A stretch of 64,000 bases of DNA from a virus. This document shows, in pieces, positions 17,109-26,911 of the stretch. A model generated the notes under the pieces. The model was not told the DNA's origin. It did not search any database and saw only the letters and a list, made by a program, of their open reading frames with translations. The stretch is from positions 32,001-96,000 of the IMG/VR virus record IMGVR_UViG_3300047564_003843; one strand, written 5' to 3'. The position numbers and the translations under genes were made by a program. Every line of letters begins with the position of its first letter. Positions within the stretch are counted from its first letter, which is position 1.

Positions 17109-17369
17109 ATGGCAATTCAAATCCCTGATTTTGAAGACCCTAAAGAAAAGGTTGCTTGGCTTCGCGCCAAAATGATTGAGCTATCAACAGACCATGACAA
17201 TCCTGCTATTGAAGCAGATAGAGCAAGTCTTGAAGCTCCATACTTCGCTGCACTAGAAGCAGCAGGTATGACAGATTGGGTGCCTAACGAAAACTTGAAT
17301 CGTCCAGAAGATACAGATGTTTTTGTTACCGAAGTTCTTGCACCTCCAGCTGAAGAACCAGCAGAGTAG
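17109..17369 (+). CDS. acidic hypothetical protein
   Basis: SD GGAAGGA before ATG at 17109. Confidence 0.7.
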   Translation: MAIQIPDFEDPKEKVAWLRAKMIELSTDHDNPAIEADRASLEAPYFAALEAAGMTDWVPNENLNRPEDTDVFVTEVLAPPAEEPAE

Positions 17370-17879
17370 TTGGAGCGCACCAAAGAATTCATAGAACCAG
17401 ACCTTGTGAACTTATCGCAGGGTCTGGTTTCTGTATCTAATGCAACAACTTTTAATTCAACAGCTCTTGAAGAGATTTACAATAGAAATTTAGAACTTAT
17501 AGAAAAATATCGAATTCCTCTTAAAGAAGGTTCGATTCCAAAAGTTTTTAATATTTTTTGGCAAAACCACATCTGCGGTCAAATTATTATACAAATCGAC
17601 AAAATAACAAACAGCGGACTTATTAGTTACTGGGTTGACTCTCAACTCTCTAATAGAAACATAGCAACTAACGCGGTTATTCTTATAAAACAATACTCTT
17701 TTGATATTTTTAATTTAGATTATCTAGAGGCTTATGTTCAACCAGATAATGTAAAAAGCCACCGTGTATTAGAAAAATCTGGTTTTATTAAGACAGAAGC
17801 AGTTTTTACTTATATAAACCCCGTAGGTACAGGCATCGAGCACTGTGTATACAGAATAGAGCGCGACTACCTCTCTTAA
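17370..17879 (+). CDS. RimJ/RimL-type GNAT acetyltransferase
   Basis: ISYWV, NRNIATNAV, NVKSHRVLEKSGF. Confidence 0.8.
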   Translation: MERTKEFIEPDLVNLSQGLVSVSNATTFNSTALEEIYNRNLELIEKYRIPLKEGSIPKVFNIFWQNHICGQIIIQIDKITNSGLISYWVDSQLSNRNIATNAVILIKQYSFDIFNLDYLEAYVQPDNVKSHRVLEKSGFIKTEAVFTYINPVGTGIEHCVYRIERDYLS

Positions 17880-17916
17880 ACTAAAAATATTGTATTTTTA
17901 TTTAAGGCAGGTAGTA

Positions 17917-18591
17917 ATGGCAAAAGCACAATTTCCTATTGATGGAGTTCAGGGAAAGAGCTGGAAAATAACATCTCCCTTTGGTTGGAGAATTCATCCG
18001 ATTGAAAAGCGTAAAAAGCACCACAATGGAATAGACATTTGGTCTTCTCAAGAACCATGCTATATAGAATCAGCCTCTGACGGCACTGTGCTCTATGCAG
18101 GTCCTTCCGAGAAGAAGAAAGCAAATGGTGAACCAGATGGTTATGGTTATTACGTAAGAGTGTTGTCTGAGGTTGATGGCGTGTGGATGACTCACACATA
18201 CGCTCATATGGTTAAAGACTCGCTAAAAGTTAAAAAGGGTCAAAAGATTGAAGCTGGCACTGTTATTGGTAAAATGGGCACCACTGGTGCTTCCACGGGA
18301 AAGCATCTCCACTGGGAAATACATGAAGGGAAGAAACACCTATGGTCAGCAGATGGCTCAGGGTTTTTGGATCCAATCGCGTTTTGGAAAACTGTAATTG
18401 CGAAACAGAAGGCACTTGCAGATGCACCGTTAGCAACACCAGAGACTGCACCTGTAGCGCCAAGTCCGACGCACGGGAAAGCTCCCGTCACGAAGCCATC
18501 AGCCTCTGCTCCTGCGAAAGTAAAGCAGTCTTCCACTCGTGCTCCTGCGGGAACTGCTAAACCCAAAAGCAAGGGTAGGTTGACACCCTAA
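17917..18591 (+). CDS. M23 family peptidase (endolysin-like)
   Basis: HNGID, YAHM, GTTGASTGKHLHWE; Pro/Ala/Lys-rich tail. Confidence 0.9.
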   Translation: MAKAQFPIDGVQGKSWKITSPFGWRIHPIEKRKKHHNGIDIWSSQEPCYIESASDGTVLYAGPSEKKKANGEPDGYGYYVRVLSEVDGVWMTHTYAHMVKDSLKVKKGQKIEAGTVIGKMGTTGASTGKHLHWEIHEGKKHLWSADGSGFLDPIAFWKTVIAKQKALADAPLATPETAPVAPSPTHGKAPVTKPSASAPAKVKQSSTRAPAGTAKPKSKGRLTP

Positions 18592-18608
18592 GGTCTAACA
18601 CATAGACT
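18580..18608 (+). promoter_or_regulatory. sigma70-type promoter
   Basis: TTGACA-17nt-TAGACT followed by leader ATAACGACAAGAAAG. Confidence 0.7.
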
Positions 18609-18649
18609 GCAGGTAGAAGCAACAATAACGACAAGAAAGACGAAATGAC

Positions 18650-18832
18650 ATGGCACTAGCCCTACACTGCGACGCACCCAGTTGCGAAGCTTGGATTGAA
18701 AATAACTACACAAATAAGCAGAAGTACATCATCCTCAGCCATAACGGCGAAGATAAACATTTCTGCTCTTGGAATTGTGTAATTACATTTGTAAATGAAG
18801 TGGATGTTCTCGATGGTTTTGAGTCTAAGTAG
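18650..18832 (+). CDS. small zinc-binding protein
   Basis: CDAPSC...HFCSWNC. Confidence 0.7.
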   Translation: MALALHCDAPSCEAWIENNYTNKQKYIILSHNGEDKHFCSWNCVITFVNEVDVLDGFESK

Positions 18833-18846
18833 GATAGGCTCTCATC

Positions 18847-19551
18847 ATGGGAAAAAAGATAATCAAGTTTGGAAGAAGTCACGACTACCCTGAACTTCCT
18901 GTACCCGTTAGAAATGTAGTTCCAGATTGGTATAAAAAATCTCCTAGATTTATAGATGGCAAAGAAGCTTCTATTATTTATACCGAACGAGGTGCTCGTT
19001 CTAATATTGGTATGAAGATGTGCGTTCCATTTTTTGACGCGATGATTTGTGGATATACAGCAACTCTTTGGCAAGATGTCCAAGTAACAAGACGACCAGA
19101 TGGTTTAAAACTAGATTGGCTTGTAGACCCTACCCCAATCAATGACAGAAGTAGTCATGGTATGGAACTTCTTCCTATTCCTGCAGGACACTATCCTCAG
19201 CAATACGCTTGGGTAACACCTTTCTCAATTCAAACTCCTCCAGGCTATAGTGTTCTTATAACTCATCCGTTTAATCGTTATGACCTCCCGTTTACAACTT
19301 TGAACGGTATTCACGATTCTGACTCAATAATGCCTCACGGGCACTTACCTTTTTATATGAAAGATAATTTTGAAGGAGTAATTCCAGCAGGAACTCCTAT
19401 TTATCAAATCTTCCCATTTAAACGCGATGCTTGGGAATCAGAGTTTGACGAGACCCTTGGTAAAAAAGCAGAGAAGAGAATGTGGGACGGTATGACCAAA
19501 ATGTTTGGACATTACCGAAATAACATATGGAATAAGAAAGAGTACAACTGA
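18847..19551 (+). CDS. conserved phage protein, DUF6065-like family
   Basis: PDWYK, CVPFFDAM..GY, TPPGYS, GTPIYQIFPFKR. Confidence 0.7.
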   Translation: MGKKIIKFGRSHDYPELPVPVRNVVPDWYKKSPRFIDGKEASIIYTERGARSNIGMKMCVPFFDAMICGYTATLWQDVQVTRRPDGLKLDWLVDPTPINDRSSHGMELLPIPAGHYPQQYAWVTPFSIQTPPGYSVLITHPFNRYDLPFTTLNGIHDSDSIMPHGHLPFYMKDNFEGVIPAGTPIYQIFPFKRDAWESEFDETLGKKAEKRMWDGMTKMFGHYRNNIWNKKEYN

Positions 19552-21119
19552 TGGAGCTTAGAGACATAAAGAATGTGACCATCATTGGTGGTGGTACAGC
19601 AGGGTGGCTCGTTGCTCTTTATGCAAAGACAGTTCTTCCAACAAAAAGAATAACCTTAATCGAGTCAGACAAAATCGGTATTCTTGGTGCTGGTGAGGGA
19701 GCAACTCCTCAACTAATTAGCTTTTTAGACGTACTACAAATACCTGTTTCTAAATTAATTCAAGAAGCAGATGTAACACTTAAGCAGGGTATTAAGTTTA
19801 CAAATTGGCACAAAGGTGGAGATTCTGATTGGTTCTATCACCCATTTGTTGGTTTTGGTAATGTTGCTGCCACAGAGGTTTCTTTAGAAAGATATGTCTC
19901 TGGTACACCAGCTCTTTTTACACAGGTAGCAAAACTACAAGAACCTCAAGAAGAGTGGTGTTTTATGACCCGCTTATGTGAGCAGAACAAGGTTGCCTTC
20001 AAACCACATAGAGAAGAATTTTATCCAGCATCAGATCCAATTTTTCAATACGAAAAGATGGGAGCATTTTCTCTACATTTTGATGCTAGAAAACTTGCTG
20101 CGTTTTTATCAGAAACTGGTCAAGAACGCGGTATTCAAAGAATTGAAGGTTTAGTAGAAAGCTATAAAACAGATGATGAAGGTTATGTCAATGAACTTCT
20201 TTTAGATAATGGAAAGTCAGTAGATACTGATTTTGTTTTTGACTGCACTGGTTTTAAGTCTTTCTTTGCTAAAGAGTTTGAAACTAGTTGGGTGTCTGCT
20301 AAAGACCATTTAACTGTCAATGCTGCTATGCCTTTCTTCCTTGATATAGAAAGTCCTATCCCTCCATACACAGAAGCAGTAGCAATGAAGTATGGGTGGA
20401 TGTGGAAGATTCCTCTTCAATCTCGTTATGGTTGCGGTTATGTTTTTAATAGCAACATGATTGATGATGCTCAAGCAAGAGAAGAGATTATTGATTATCT
20501 TGGCTATGAACCTGAATGGCCTAGGGAAAAATCATTTAGTTGGGAACCAGGTTATTTATCAGAACCTTGGAAAAAGAATGTATTTACGATTGGTCTTTCT
20601 GCAGGTTTTGTTGAACCGCTAGAAGCTACTTCTATATGGTCAACTGTTATTGATTGGTCTAGTGCATTACTTGGCAATGTAGAACTTATGTATACAAAAG
20701 ACCAAAGTATTATTGATGATTTCAATAACTTCTGGCGTAAGAATCAAGAAGAAGTTATCGGCTTTATTTATGCTCATTACATGAGTGGAAGAACCGATAC
20801 AGAGTTTTGGGAGCACTACACCTACGAAAATGCACCTGCTTCATCAAAACGTTATTTAGATATAAATAATAAAAGATCCTTTATCCTTAATGATTTTATA
20901 GACCACAATTTCTTTGAAATTGATTCATGGTCTTATATTCTTCTCGGGCTTAAAAATAAAAAGTTTATAGAACACCACAAGCTATTCGAGTTCTATAATT
21001 TTACAAGAACTTTTATGGAACAAAGATATACAAGCTTTAAAAAACTTATTCAATATGTAGCAGACAATGAAGCAATCACCCACGACGAGTTTTTGGAGAA
21101 GATGAATGAAAAACAATAA
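19551..21119 (+). CDS. flavin-dependent tryptophan halogenase-family protein
   Basis: GGGTAGW, GAGEG, TLKQGI (catalytic Lys position), DCTGF, GWMWKIP (WxWxIP), GFVEPLEAT. Confidence 0.9.
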   Translation: MELRDIKNVTIIGGGTAGWLVALYAKTVLPTKRITLIESDKIGILGAGEGATPQLISFLDVLQIPVSKLIQEADVTLKQGIKFTNWHKGGDSDWFYHPFVGFGNVAATEVSLERYVSGTPALFTQVAKLQEPQEEWCFMTRLCEQNKVAFKPHREEFYPASDPIFQYEKMGAFSLHFDARKLAAFLSETGQERGIQRIEGLVESYKTDDEGYVNELLLDNGKSVDTDFVFDCTGFKSFFAKEFETSWVSAKDHLTVNAAMPFFLDIESPIPPYTEAVAMKYGWMWKIPLQSRYGCGYVFNSNMIDDAQAREEIIDYLGYEPEWPREKSFSWEPGYLSEPWKKNVFTIGLSAGFVEPLEATSIWSTVIDWSSALLGNVELMYTKDQSIIDDFNNFWRKNQEEVIGFIYAHYMSGRTDTEFWEHYTYENAPASSKRYLDINNKRSFILNDFIDHNFFEIDSWSYILLGLKNKKFIEHHKLFEFYNFTRTFMEQRYTSFKKLIQYVADNEAITHDEFLEKMNEKQ

Positions 21120-21477
21120 AACACCAAAGAACTACCAATACAAAGACCCAAACTTCTACACAAATCAAGAAGTCTTTGACGGAAATGTGAAGAAACACTT
21201 TCAATGGGTCAGAGCACTAAAGACGATGGGTCAACGCAGTTATTGGAATGTTCCTAACACTGTTGAGTTTCTAGCATTTACCACTAAGGCAGTTATCATC
21301 ATTCCAGGTTTGCTTTTTGGTGTTTCTATTTGGTGGCTGTATATTTTTGCTCTTGTAACTAGTTTTTTATTAATTTGGTCAGCTACTATAAAAACTTTGC
21401 CTACACTTATCTGGTTTAATATTTTATGGGTTATTCTTGCATCAACCTTTATTGTAAAGCACTTTGCAGGATTGTAA
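21106..21477 (+). CDS. membrane protein
   Basis: 123 aa with about three hydrophobic helices. Confidence 0.75.
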   Translation: MKNNKTPKNYQYKDPNFYTNQEVFDGNVKKHFQWVRALKTMGQRSYWNVPNTVEFLAFTTKAVIIIPGLLFGVSIWWLYIFALVTSFLLIWSATIKTLPTLIWFNILWVILASTFIVKHFAGL

Positions 21478-22418
21478 TGGATTTTTCAAAGTTTCCTTAC
21501 ATTAGAGATTTAGGCGGACATGTAATTGATGTCCGTCGATTAATTGACCCTAACAATAAAAATTGGGGTGCAACTAATCTTTCTATTGGAAACTACAAAA
21601 ATAAGTATGTTGGAGCTTTGCGCTCAAGTAATTATGTAATTATGGATAACGGAAGTTATACCGTTACCGAAGGTAATCTCATCACTTCAAAAATATATTG
21701 GGGCGAGTTTAATAAAGAATGGAAGTTAGAAAATCTAAGACAGATAGATACTTCTATTGCAGGAGATTTAAAACGAGGTTTAGAGGACCCTAAAGTTTTT
21801 TATCGAGATGGTGCTTGGCACATAACCTGCGTAATTATGGATAAAGAAGAAGTCCCATATGCACGTATGGCAATTGCTCGTCTTGACTCAAAGTGCACAA
21901 AGCTTGTAAGTTTTGAAGTCTTAAATGGTATGGATACTCAGCGTCCAGAAAAGAATTGGATGCTTCCTTACGAACCAAATCCACATTTTGATTTTATTTA
22001 TGGACCAAACTCCACAGTTCAAAATAATATGATGACAATGCTTTTTACAGATGTAAGAAAGCTTTCACAACTTCGAGGCAACACAAACTTGCTTCTTTTA
22101 GAAGATGGAACATATCTTGGAGTTATGCATAGAACTTTTGTAAGAAACGAGGCTAGGTGGGAGCCAAAACGATTTAGCACTCAAAATGCCTCTGTCAGAA
22201 ATTACATTCATTACTTTGTAAGATTTGATATTGAAGGCAGTATTTTGGAGATTTCTAAAGGCTTTCAGTTCTTCAAGTCAGGGGTTGAATTTGCTGCTGG
22301 TTTAGTTGCCCACAAGGACAATTTCTTAATTAGCTTTGGCAGAGATGACCTATCTAGTCATATCGCCGTGATGCCTAAAGACCTAGTTTTAAAATCACTC
22401 ACACCAATCGAGTATTAG
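21477..22418 (+). CDS. beta-propeller glycosidase-like protein
   Basis: GLEDPKVF, EKNW, LRG, VEFAAGL, ISFG.DD; start coupled to upstream stop (TAATG). Confidence 0.65.
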   Translation: MDFSKFPYIRDLGGHVIDVRRLIDPNNKNWGATNLSIGNYKNKYVGALRSSNYVIMDNGSYTVTEGNLITSKIYWGEFNKEWKLENLRQIDTSIAGDLKRGLEDPKVFYRDGAWHITCVIMDKEEVPYARMAIARLDSKCTKLVSFEVLNGMDTQRPEKNWMLPYEPNPHFDFIYGPNSTVQNNMMTMLFTDVRKLSQLRGNTNLLLLEDGTYLGVMHRTFVRNEARWEPKRFSTQNASVRNYIHYFVRFDIEGSILEISKGFQFFKSGVEFAAGLVAHKDNFLISFGRDDLSSHIAVMPKDLVLKSLTPIEY

Positions 22419-22428
22419 AATCATCAGT

Positions 22429-22665
22429 ATGACCCTGTTAGGTTCTGGCACGCAAAGCCAAGAAGACACTCGTACCGTCTACGAAAACGGCGACCACGAG
22501 CGTTACTCTCACTATGCTCCAAAAGATGAGATTATGGAAGCATTAATCAATGGGACACCAATTATGGCTTTGTGTGGGAAAGTTTGGGTTCCTTCTCGTG
22601 ATCCAAAAAAATTTCCCATCTGCCCAATGTGCAAAGACATATATGAGCAGATGAGCCATGAGTGA
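22429..22665 (+). CDS. DUF3039 family protein
   Basis: HY, ALCGKVWVPSRDP..FPICPMCK. Confidence 0.8.
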   Translation: MTLLGSGTQSQEDTRTVYENGDHERYSHYAPKDEIMEALINGTPIMALCGKVWVPSRDPKKFPICPMCKDIYEQMSHE

Positions 22666-22870
22666 TACTACTCAAATCATAAAGCTAGACAACACACCGC
22701 TTGAATATATAACTCCCCGCGAACGTTGCGACGCTTGCGGTCATCAAGCATATTATCGTGTTACTTTTGAAGCAGGACATCTATTCTTTTGCAGACATCA
22801 CTACATCAAACAAGAAGATGCTTTCTTTGAGAAAGCTTTAGATATCGTTGACGAGTCTGAATTACTTTGA
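22658..22870 (+). CDS. small zinc-binding protein (actinobacterial type)
   Basis: RCDACG.QAY...LFFCRHH. Confidence 0.75.
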   Translation: MSDTTQIIKLDNTPLEYITPRERCDACGHQAYYRVTFEAGHLFFCRHHYIKQEDAFFEKALDIVDESELL

Positions 22871-23248
22871 AGGCTTTGTAAAGTCTTCGATAGTAAATCC
22901 ATCAGTTCTTTCAAGAACCACATAGGTGTAGTCAAAAAGACTGAGATTGCTTTCAAGATTATCTAGAACTTGTTTTACAGGAAGCTCTCCACATGTATAT
23001 AAATCAAACTGGACTTTTGAAGGTTTATCTTCATCCCAGATATGCATAGCAATATGAGAAGTCTCAATCATAACTACTGCTGTTAAACCACGGTTTCCTT
23101 CAGCAGTTACATATGAGGCATAAGGTCCTTGAATGACCTTCATATCAATGGATTCAACAAGCTCACGCATCCAATTGATAACAAGTGTTTCGTCAGTCGG
23201 TGGATTAAGTGTCCACCCGTTTACTAGTAAATGGTTGTGTAAAGGCAT
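22862..23248 (-). CDS. speD: S-adenosylmethionine decarboxylase-family (pyruvoyl) proenzyme
   Basis: HLLV, GLTAVVMIETSHIAMHIW, FDLYTCG. Confidence 0.8.
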   Translation of the reverse strand: MPLHNHLLVNGWTLNPPTDETLVINWMRELVESIDMKVIQGPYASYVTAEGNRGLTAVVMIETSHIAMHIWDEDKPSKVQFDLYTCGELPVKQVLDNLESNLSLFDYTYVVLERTDGFTIEDFTKPSK

Positions 23249-23273
23249 AACTAAAGCCTACAGCAGAAAGTAA

Positions 23274-23555
23274 TTATTCCTCTGAAGCAGGGGCTTCTTC
23301 AGCAGGTGTTTCTTCTACGACAACAACTGCCTCTTCTTTTTCCTCTTCAGGAGCGTTATAGCGGACAAGACCAATGTCATATACCTGCTCACCTTCTTCG
23401 GCGGCTCGTACAACAGAGAAACCACCATCGCGCCATACGACCTCAGGTAGAGGAAGAATGTCCTTACAAGGACCATCAATCATGCATGCTTGGACGTGGT
23501 TAGCCAAGACTCGCCCGTTATTAGGCATTTGTTCAAATCCGCATAGACATTTCAT
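23274..23555 (-). CDS. hypothetical protein
   Basis: 93 aa ORF; TAGAAT-6nt-ATG. Confidence 0.7.
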   Translation of the reverse strand: MKCLCGFEQMPNNGRVLANHVQACMIDGPCKDILPLPEVVWRDGGFSVVRAAEEGEQVYDIGLVRYNAPEEEKEEAVVVVEETPAEEAPASEE

Positions 23556-23627
23556 AGTTCTATTCTACATCCAATTCTTTAGCCTTAGGACCTTCTCGGG
23601 TCTTGTTTTTGCTTTACAATATAATAT

Positions 23628-24866
23628 ATGACTTCAACCCCTATAACCAATGTTTCAAAGCCAAATCGCGACCAGATTAATGGCTTCCGTACAGACATGT
23701 TTGGGCGTACTAAGGTCTCTCAAAACTACACATATTTTGATGCTTCGCATCGTTTTCAAGAGAATCCAGACTATAGCGACATCTTTATTGGCACTGCCAG
23801 TAAGTCTTACTCTCAGAATGAGAGCTGTGTAAACCTCACTATTGGAACTGCTTCAGGGGATAAGGTCCACCGCGAGACCAAAAAGGTAATGCTCTATCAG
23901 CCAGGTAAATCTCTTCAACTAATGCAGACATTTACAATGGAACCTGCAAAAACAAACCTACGCCAACGAGTTGGATATTACTCACGGCAGAATGGTTTTT
24001 ACTTAGAACAAACTGGTACAACTATAAATCTTGTCAAGCGTTCATATACCTCTGGTCAGTTAGTGGAAACTAGAGTTCCTCAGTCAGAGTGGAACATGGA
24101 TAAGCTCGATGGCTCTGGACCATCTGATGTGGTTCTAGACCTCAGTAAGTCTCAAATTCTGTGGACTGAAGTTGAATGGCTAGGCGTTGGTTCTGTAAGG
24201 ATGGGTTTTGCTATTGATGGTTACTTTGTCGCTGCTCACCAGTTCAATCATGCTAACCACGACACAAGCACCTATATAACTACAGCGGCTTTACCATTTG
24301 CCTTCGAAATTGAAAACATTGGGGCAACTTCATATGCAAGTACTATGAAACAAATATGTTGTTCCGCGGGTATCAATGGTGGGTATGAAAAAATTACAGA
24401 GTCATGGTCTGCATATAGAAGCACTCCAGTAAACATCACAACATCTTTTACGCATCTAGTATCGATTCGACTTTCAAATGGAAGAACAGATGCAATTGTT
24501 ATCCCCTCTGCTCTTGATATTATGGCAACTCAGGCTGGAAACTATGAGTGGGTTCTTCTTAGAAATGCAACTATTACTGGTGGTACATGGGTAACCCACG
24601 CTTCCCCTCAAAACGCTGATTACAACGTAACCGCCACAGGGCTTTCTGATATATCTGAAGCAATCATTGTTCGTCAAGGGTATTTTCAATCAACTAATCA
24701 ATCAAGCGGTTCTATTGAAATTGGTGGAATCAATCGTCTAGACCTACAGCTTGGCAGAACAAATGCTGACACCCCTGTCAGTGACACATTTACTCTTGCT
24801 CTAAGAACCCTCTCTGGCTCAGGTCAGGCTGTTGGTTCTATTGCTTGGTTTGACCTGCTCAGCTAA
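23628..24866 (+). CDS. probable virion structural protein
   Basis: DMFGRTKVS, YQPGKS, EWLGVGSVRMGF; beta-rich composition. Confidence 0.6.
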   Translation: MTSTPITNVSKPNRDQINGFRTDMFGRTKVSQNYTYFDASHRFQENPDYSDIFIGTASKSYSQNESCVNLTIGTASGDKVHRETKKVMLYQPGKSLQLMQTFTMEPAKTNLRQRVGYYSRQNGFYLEQTGTTINLVKRSYTSGQLVETRVPQSEWNMDKLDGSGPSDVVLDLSKSQILWTEVEWLGVGSVRMGFAIDGYFVAAHQFNHANHDTSTYITTAALPFAFEIENIGATSYASTMKQICCSAGINGGYEKITESWSAYRSTPVNITTSFTHLVSIRLSNGRTDAIVIPSALDIMATQAGNYEWVLLRNATITGGTWVTHASPQNADYNVTATGLSDISEAIIVRQGYFQSTNQSSGSIEIGGINRLDLQLGRTNADTPVSDTFTLALRTLSGSGQAVGSIAWFDLLS

Positions 24867-24903
24867 CCTGGACTTTTTGCCTTTTTTCTGATAGCCTGGA
24901 GCT

Positions 24904-25983
24904 ATGGAGAGTTGGCAAAAACTAGATAGGTCATCTACCCCTTTGACCTCAACAGTTGAGATGGACAGCCTTACACAAGAGCTTGTTCGTCCCTTCGATT
25001 ACGAAACAAACGGTCTTTCAACCTTTCACCCGTTTGTTCTTCCAAAACTTCCTAGTGAGTTTAATCTTGGCGTAATTGTTGGTGCCTCTGGGACAGGTAA
25101 GTCAACTCTCCTCCAATCTTTTGGAAATCCAGTAATTCCAACTTGGGACTACAACAAATCAATTGCATCTCACTTTGATAATCCAGTAGATGCAAGTGAG
25201 CGCTTATCTGCAGCAGGACTTATGTCTGTTCCTGAGTGGGTAAAGCCTTATCAGGTTTTATCAAATGGACAAAAGTTTCGTGCTGACTTAGCAATATCTT
25301 TGCAAAGTGGTGCTGTCATTGATGAATACACATCTGTTGTAGATCGTAATGTTGCAAAAGCTGCATCAACATCAATGTCTAAATACATTCGTCGTAACAA
25401 CATAAAAGGAGTTGTGCTGGCAACTGTTCACCGCGACATCCTTGAGTTCCTTGAGCCAGATTGGGTTATTGATACTGACCGTGGCGAATGGACCTCAGGA
25501 AGGTATCTTCAACGACCTGAACTGGTTCTCGACATATATCCTGCCCACAACAGCGTTTGGGGATACTTCGCTTCGCACCACTATCTCTCCGAAAAGCTCA
25601 ATAAGGCCTCACACAGCTACTTGGCTATCTGGGAACAACAGTTAGTTGGTTATGTAGCAGCAATGACTTATCCGTCAGGCACTGTGCAAAATGCTTGGCG
25701 TGAGCATCGTTTAGTAGTTCATCCTGATTATCAAGGACTTGGGTTTGGCCCAAGAATTTCAGAAGCAGTTGCAGAGTATTATATAAATCAAGGAAAAAGA
25801 TATTTTTCAAAGACTTCTCATCCACGCTTAGGCGAATATAGAGACACTTCTAATTTGTGGAAACCTACATCAAAAAACCACATGAAACGTTTAGATGGAC
25901 ATATTGAACGTACAAATATGAGATGGCAATTAAATCCAAATCGATGGTCTTATTCTCACGAATATATAGGAGAAAATAAGTAA
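24904..25983 (+). CDS. ABC-type ATPase fused to a GNAT acetyltransferase
   Basis: GASGTGKS, LSNGQ, AVIDE, H-loop; C-terminal HHYL and RLVVHPDYQGLGFG. Confidence 0.85.
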   Translation: MESWQKLDRSSTPLTSTVEMDSLTQELVRPFDYETNGLSTFHPFVLPKLPSEFNLGVIVGASGTGKSTLLQSFGNPVIPTWDYNKSIASHFDNPVDASERLSAAGLMSVPEWVKPYQVLSNGQKFRADLAISLQSGAVIDEYTSVVDRNVAKAASTSMSKYIRRNNIKGVVLATVHRDILEFLEPDWVIDTDRGEWTSGRYLQRPELVLDIYPAHNSVWGYFASHHYLSEKLNKASHSYLAIWEQQLVGYVAAMTYPSGTVQNAWREHRLVVHPDYQGLGFGPRISEAVAEYYINQGKRYFSKTSHPRLGEYRDTSNLWKPTSKNHMKRLDGHIERTNMRWQLNPNRWSYSHEYIGENK

Positions 25984-26008
25984 TCTTTTTGAGGTCTACA
26001 CTGTAGAT

Positions 26009-26302
26009 ATGAGTGAGCCGAACTCACCCGAAGAGCCTCGGGACAAAGAACCTTCGTCTTTTGATTTCAATCGACTCGAGGTAGACCTTGGCATCTCATC
26101 TTTAGATGAAGATGCAATGCAGATGTATGAGCTTTTTAAGTCTTTAGTAAAAGCAGGTTTTAAAGACAAACAAGCTTTAAGACTTGTAGCTTTGATAATT
26201 ACAGAACATGATGTATTAGAAGAAGCTGTTATTTTTAATTTTGACCCTGATGATATGGAAGATTTAGAAGAACCAGAATCAGACCCTGACGAAGAGGAAT
26301 AA
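26009..26302 (+). CDS. acidic hypothetical protein
   Basis: ELFKSLVKAGF...QAL motif; leaderless start. Confidence 0.75.
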   Translation: MSEPNSPEEPRDKEPSSFDFNRLEVDLGISSLDEDAMQMYELFKSLVKAGFKDKQALRLVALIITEHDVLEEAVIFNFDPDDMEDLEEPESDPDEEE

Positions 26303-26303
26303 A

Positions 26304-26651
26304 GTGTCAGAAGAGCCAGAGCAAGACAGGTCAGACTACCTTTTCGGACTTCTTCTAGAAATAGGAGCAGTCGAGTTTTACGGAGTCTCTGGCGACACAG
26401 GGGAGCCTATCTACCGAATAACAGATTTGTGCGAAGAAATTTTCCCCGAGCTTTGGCAAGCGCAAGTACAACATGTTGGAGAGACAGCAAACAGGCTTTG
26501 GCAAATGGGGCTTGTTGAAATCAATCTTTCTGCAAAAGGGGAGACTGTCTACTTTAGAGAACATAATTACAGAAAATACTTAGAAATAAAAGATTCTCTC
26601 TCAGAAGAAGATAAAACCTTTATAGAGGTTTTTCTTGAAGATTTGTCTTAA
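26304..26651 (+). CDS. hypothetical protein
   Basis: 115 aa ORF in operon. Confidence 0.75.
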   Translation: MSEEPEQDRSDYLFGLLLEIGAVEFYGVSGDTGEPIYRITDLCEEIFPELWQAQVQHVGETANRLWQMGLVEINLSAKGETVYFREHNYRKYLEIKDSLSEEDKTFIEVFLEDLS

Positions 26652-26668
26652 ACGCGTATACTGGAGAA

Positions 26669-26911
26669 ATGACTATGTCTTACGCCAGATTTTTTGCAGA
26701 TGATGTTTATGTATTTGCATCACCTAGAGGTCTTACATGTCAAATGTGTAGTTTTGGTGACATGTTGGAAACAAGCTTTTTAGCTGAATCAACCCAAGAA
26801 ATGGTTGACCACCTCAAAGCCCATCAGAAAAAAGGAGACAAGATGCCTTCAACAATTTTTGATGAGCTTTGGGCAGATGACTCCGAAAACTATCCTTCTA
26901 AAAAGAATTAA
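26669..26911 (+). CDS. hypothetical protein
   Basis: MSYARF..DVY, CQMC, HL..H. Confidence 0.75.
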   Translation: MTMSYARFFADDVYVFASPRGLTCQMCSFGDMLETSFLAESTQEMVDHLKAHQKKGDKMPSTIFDELWADDSENYPSKKN

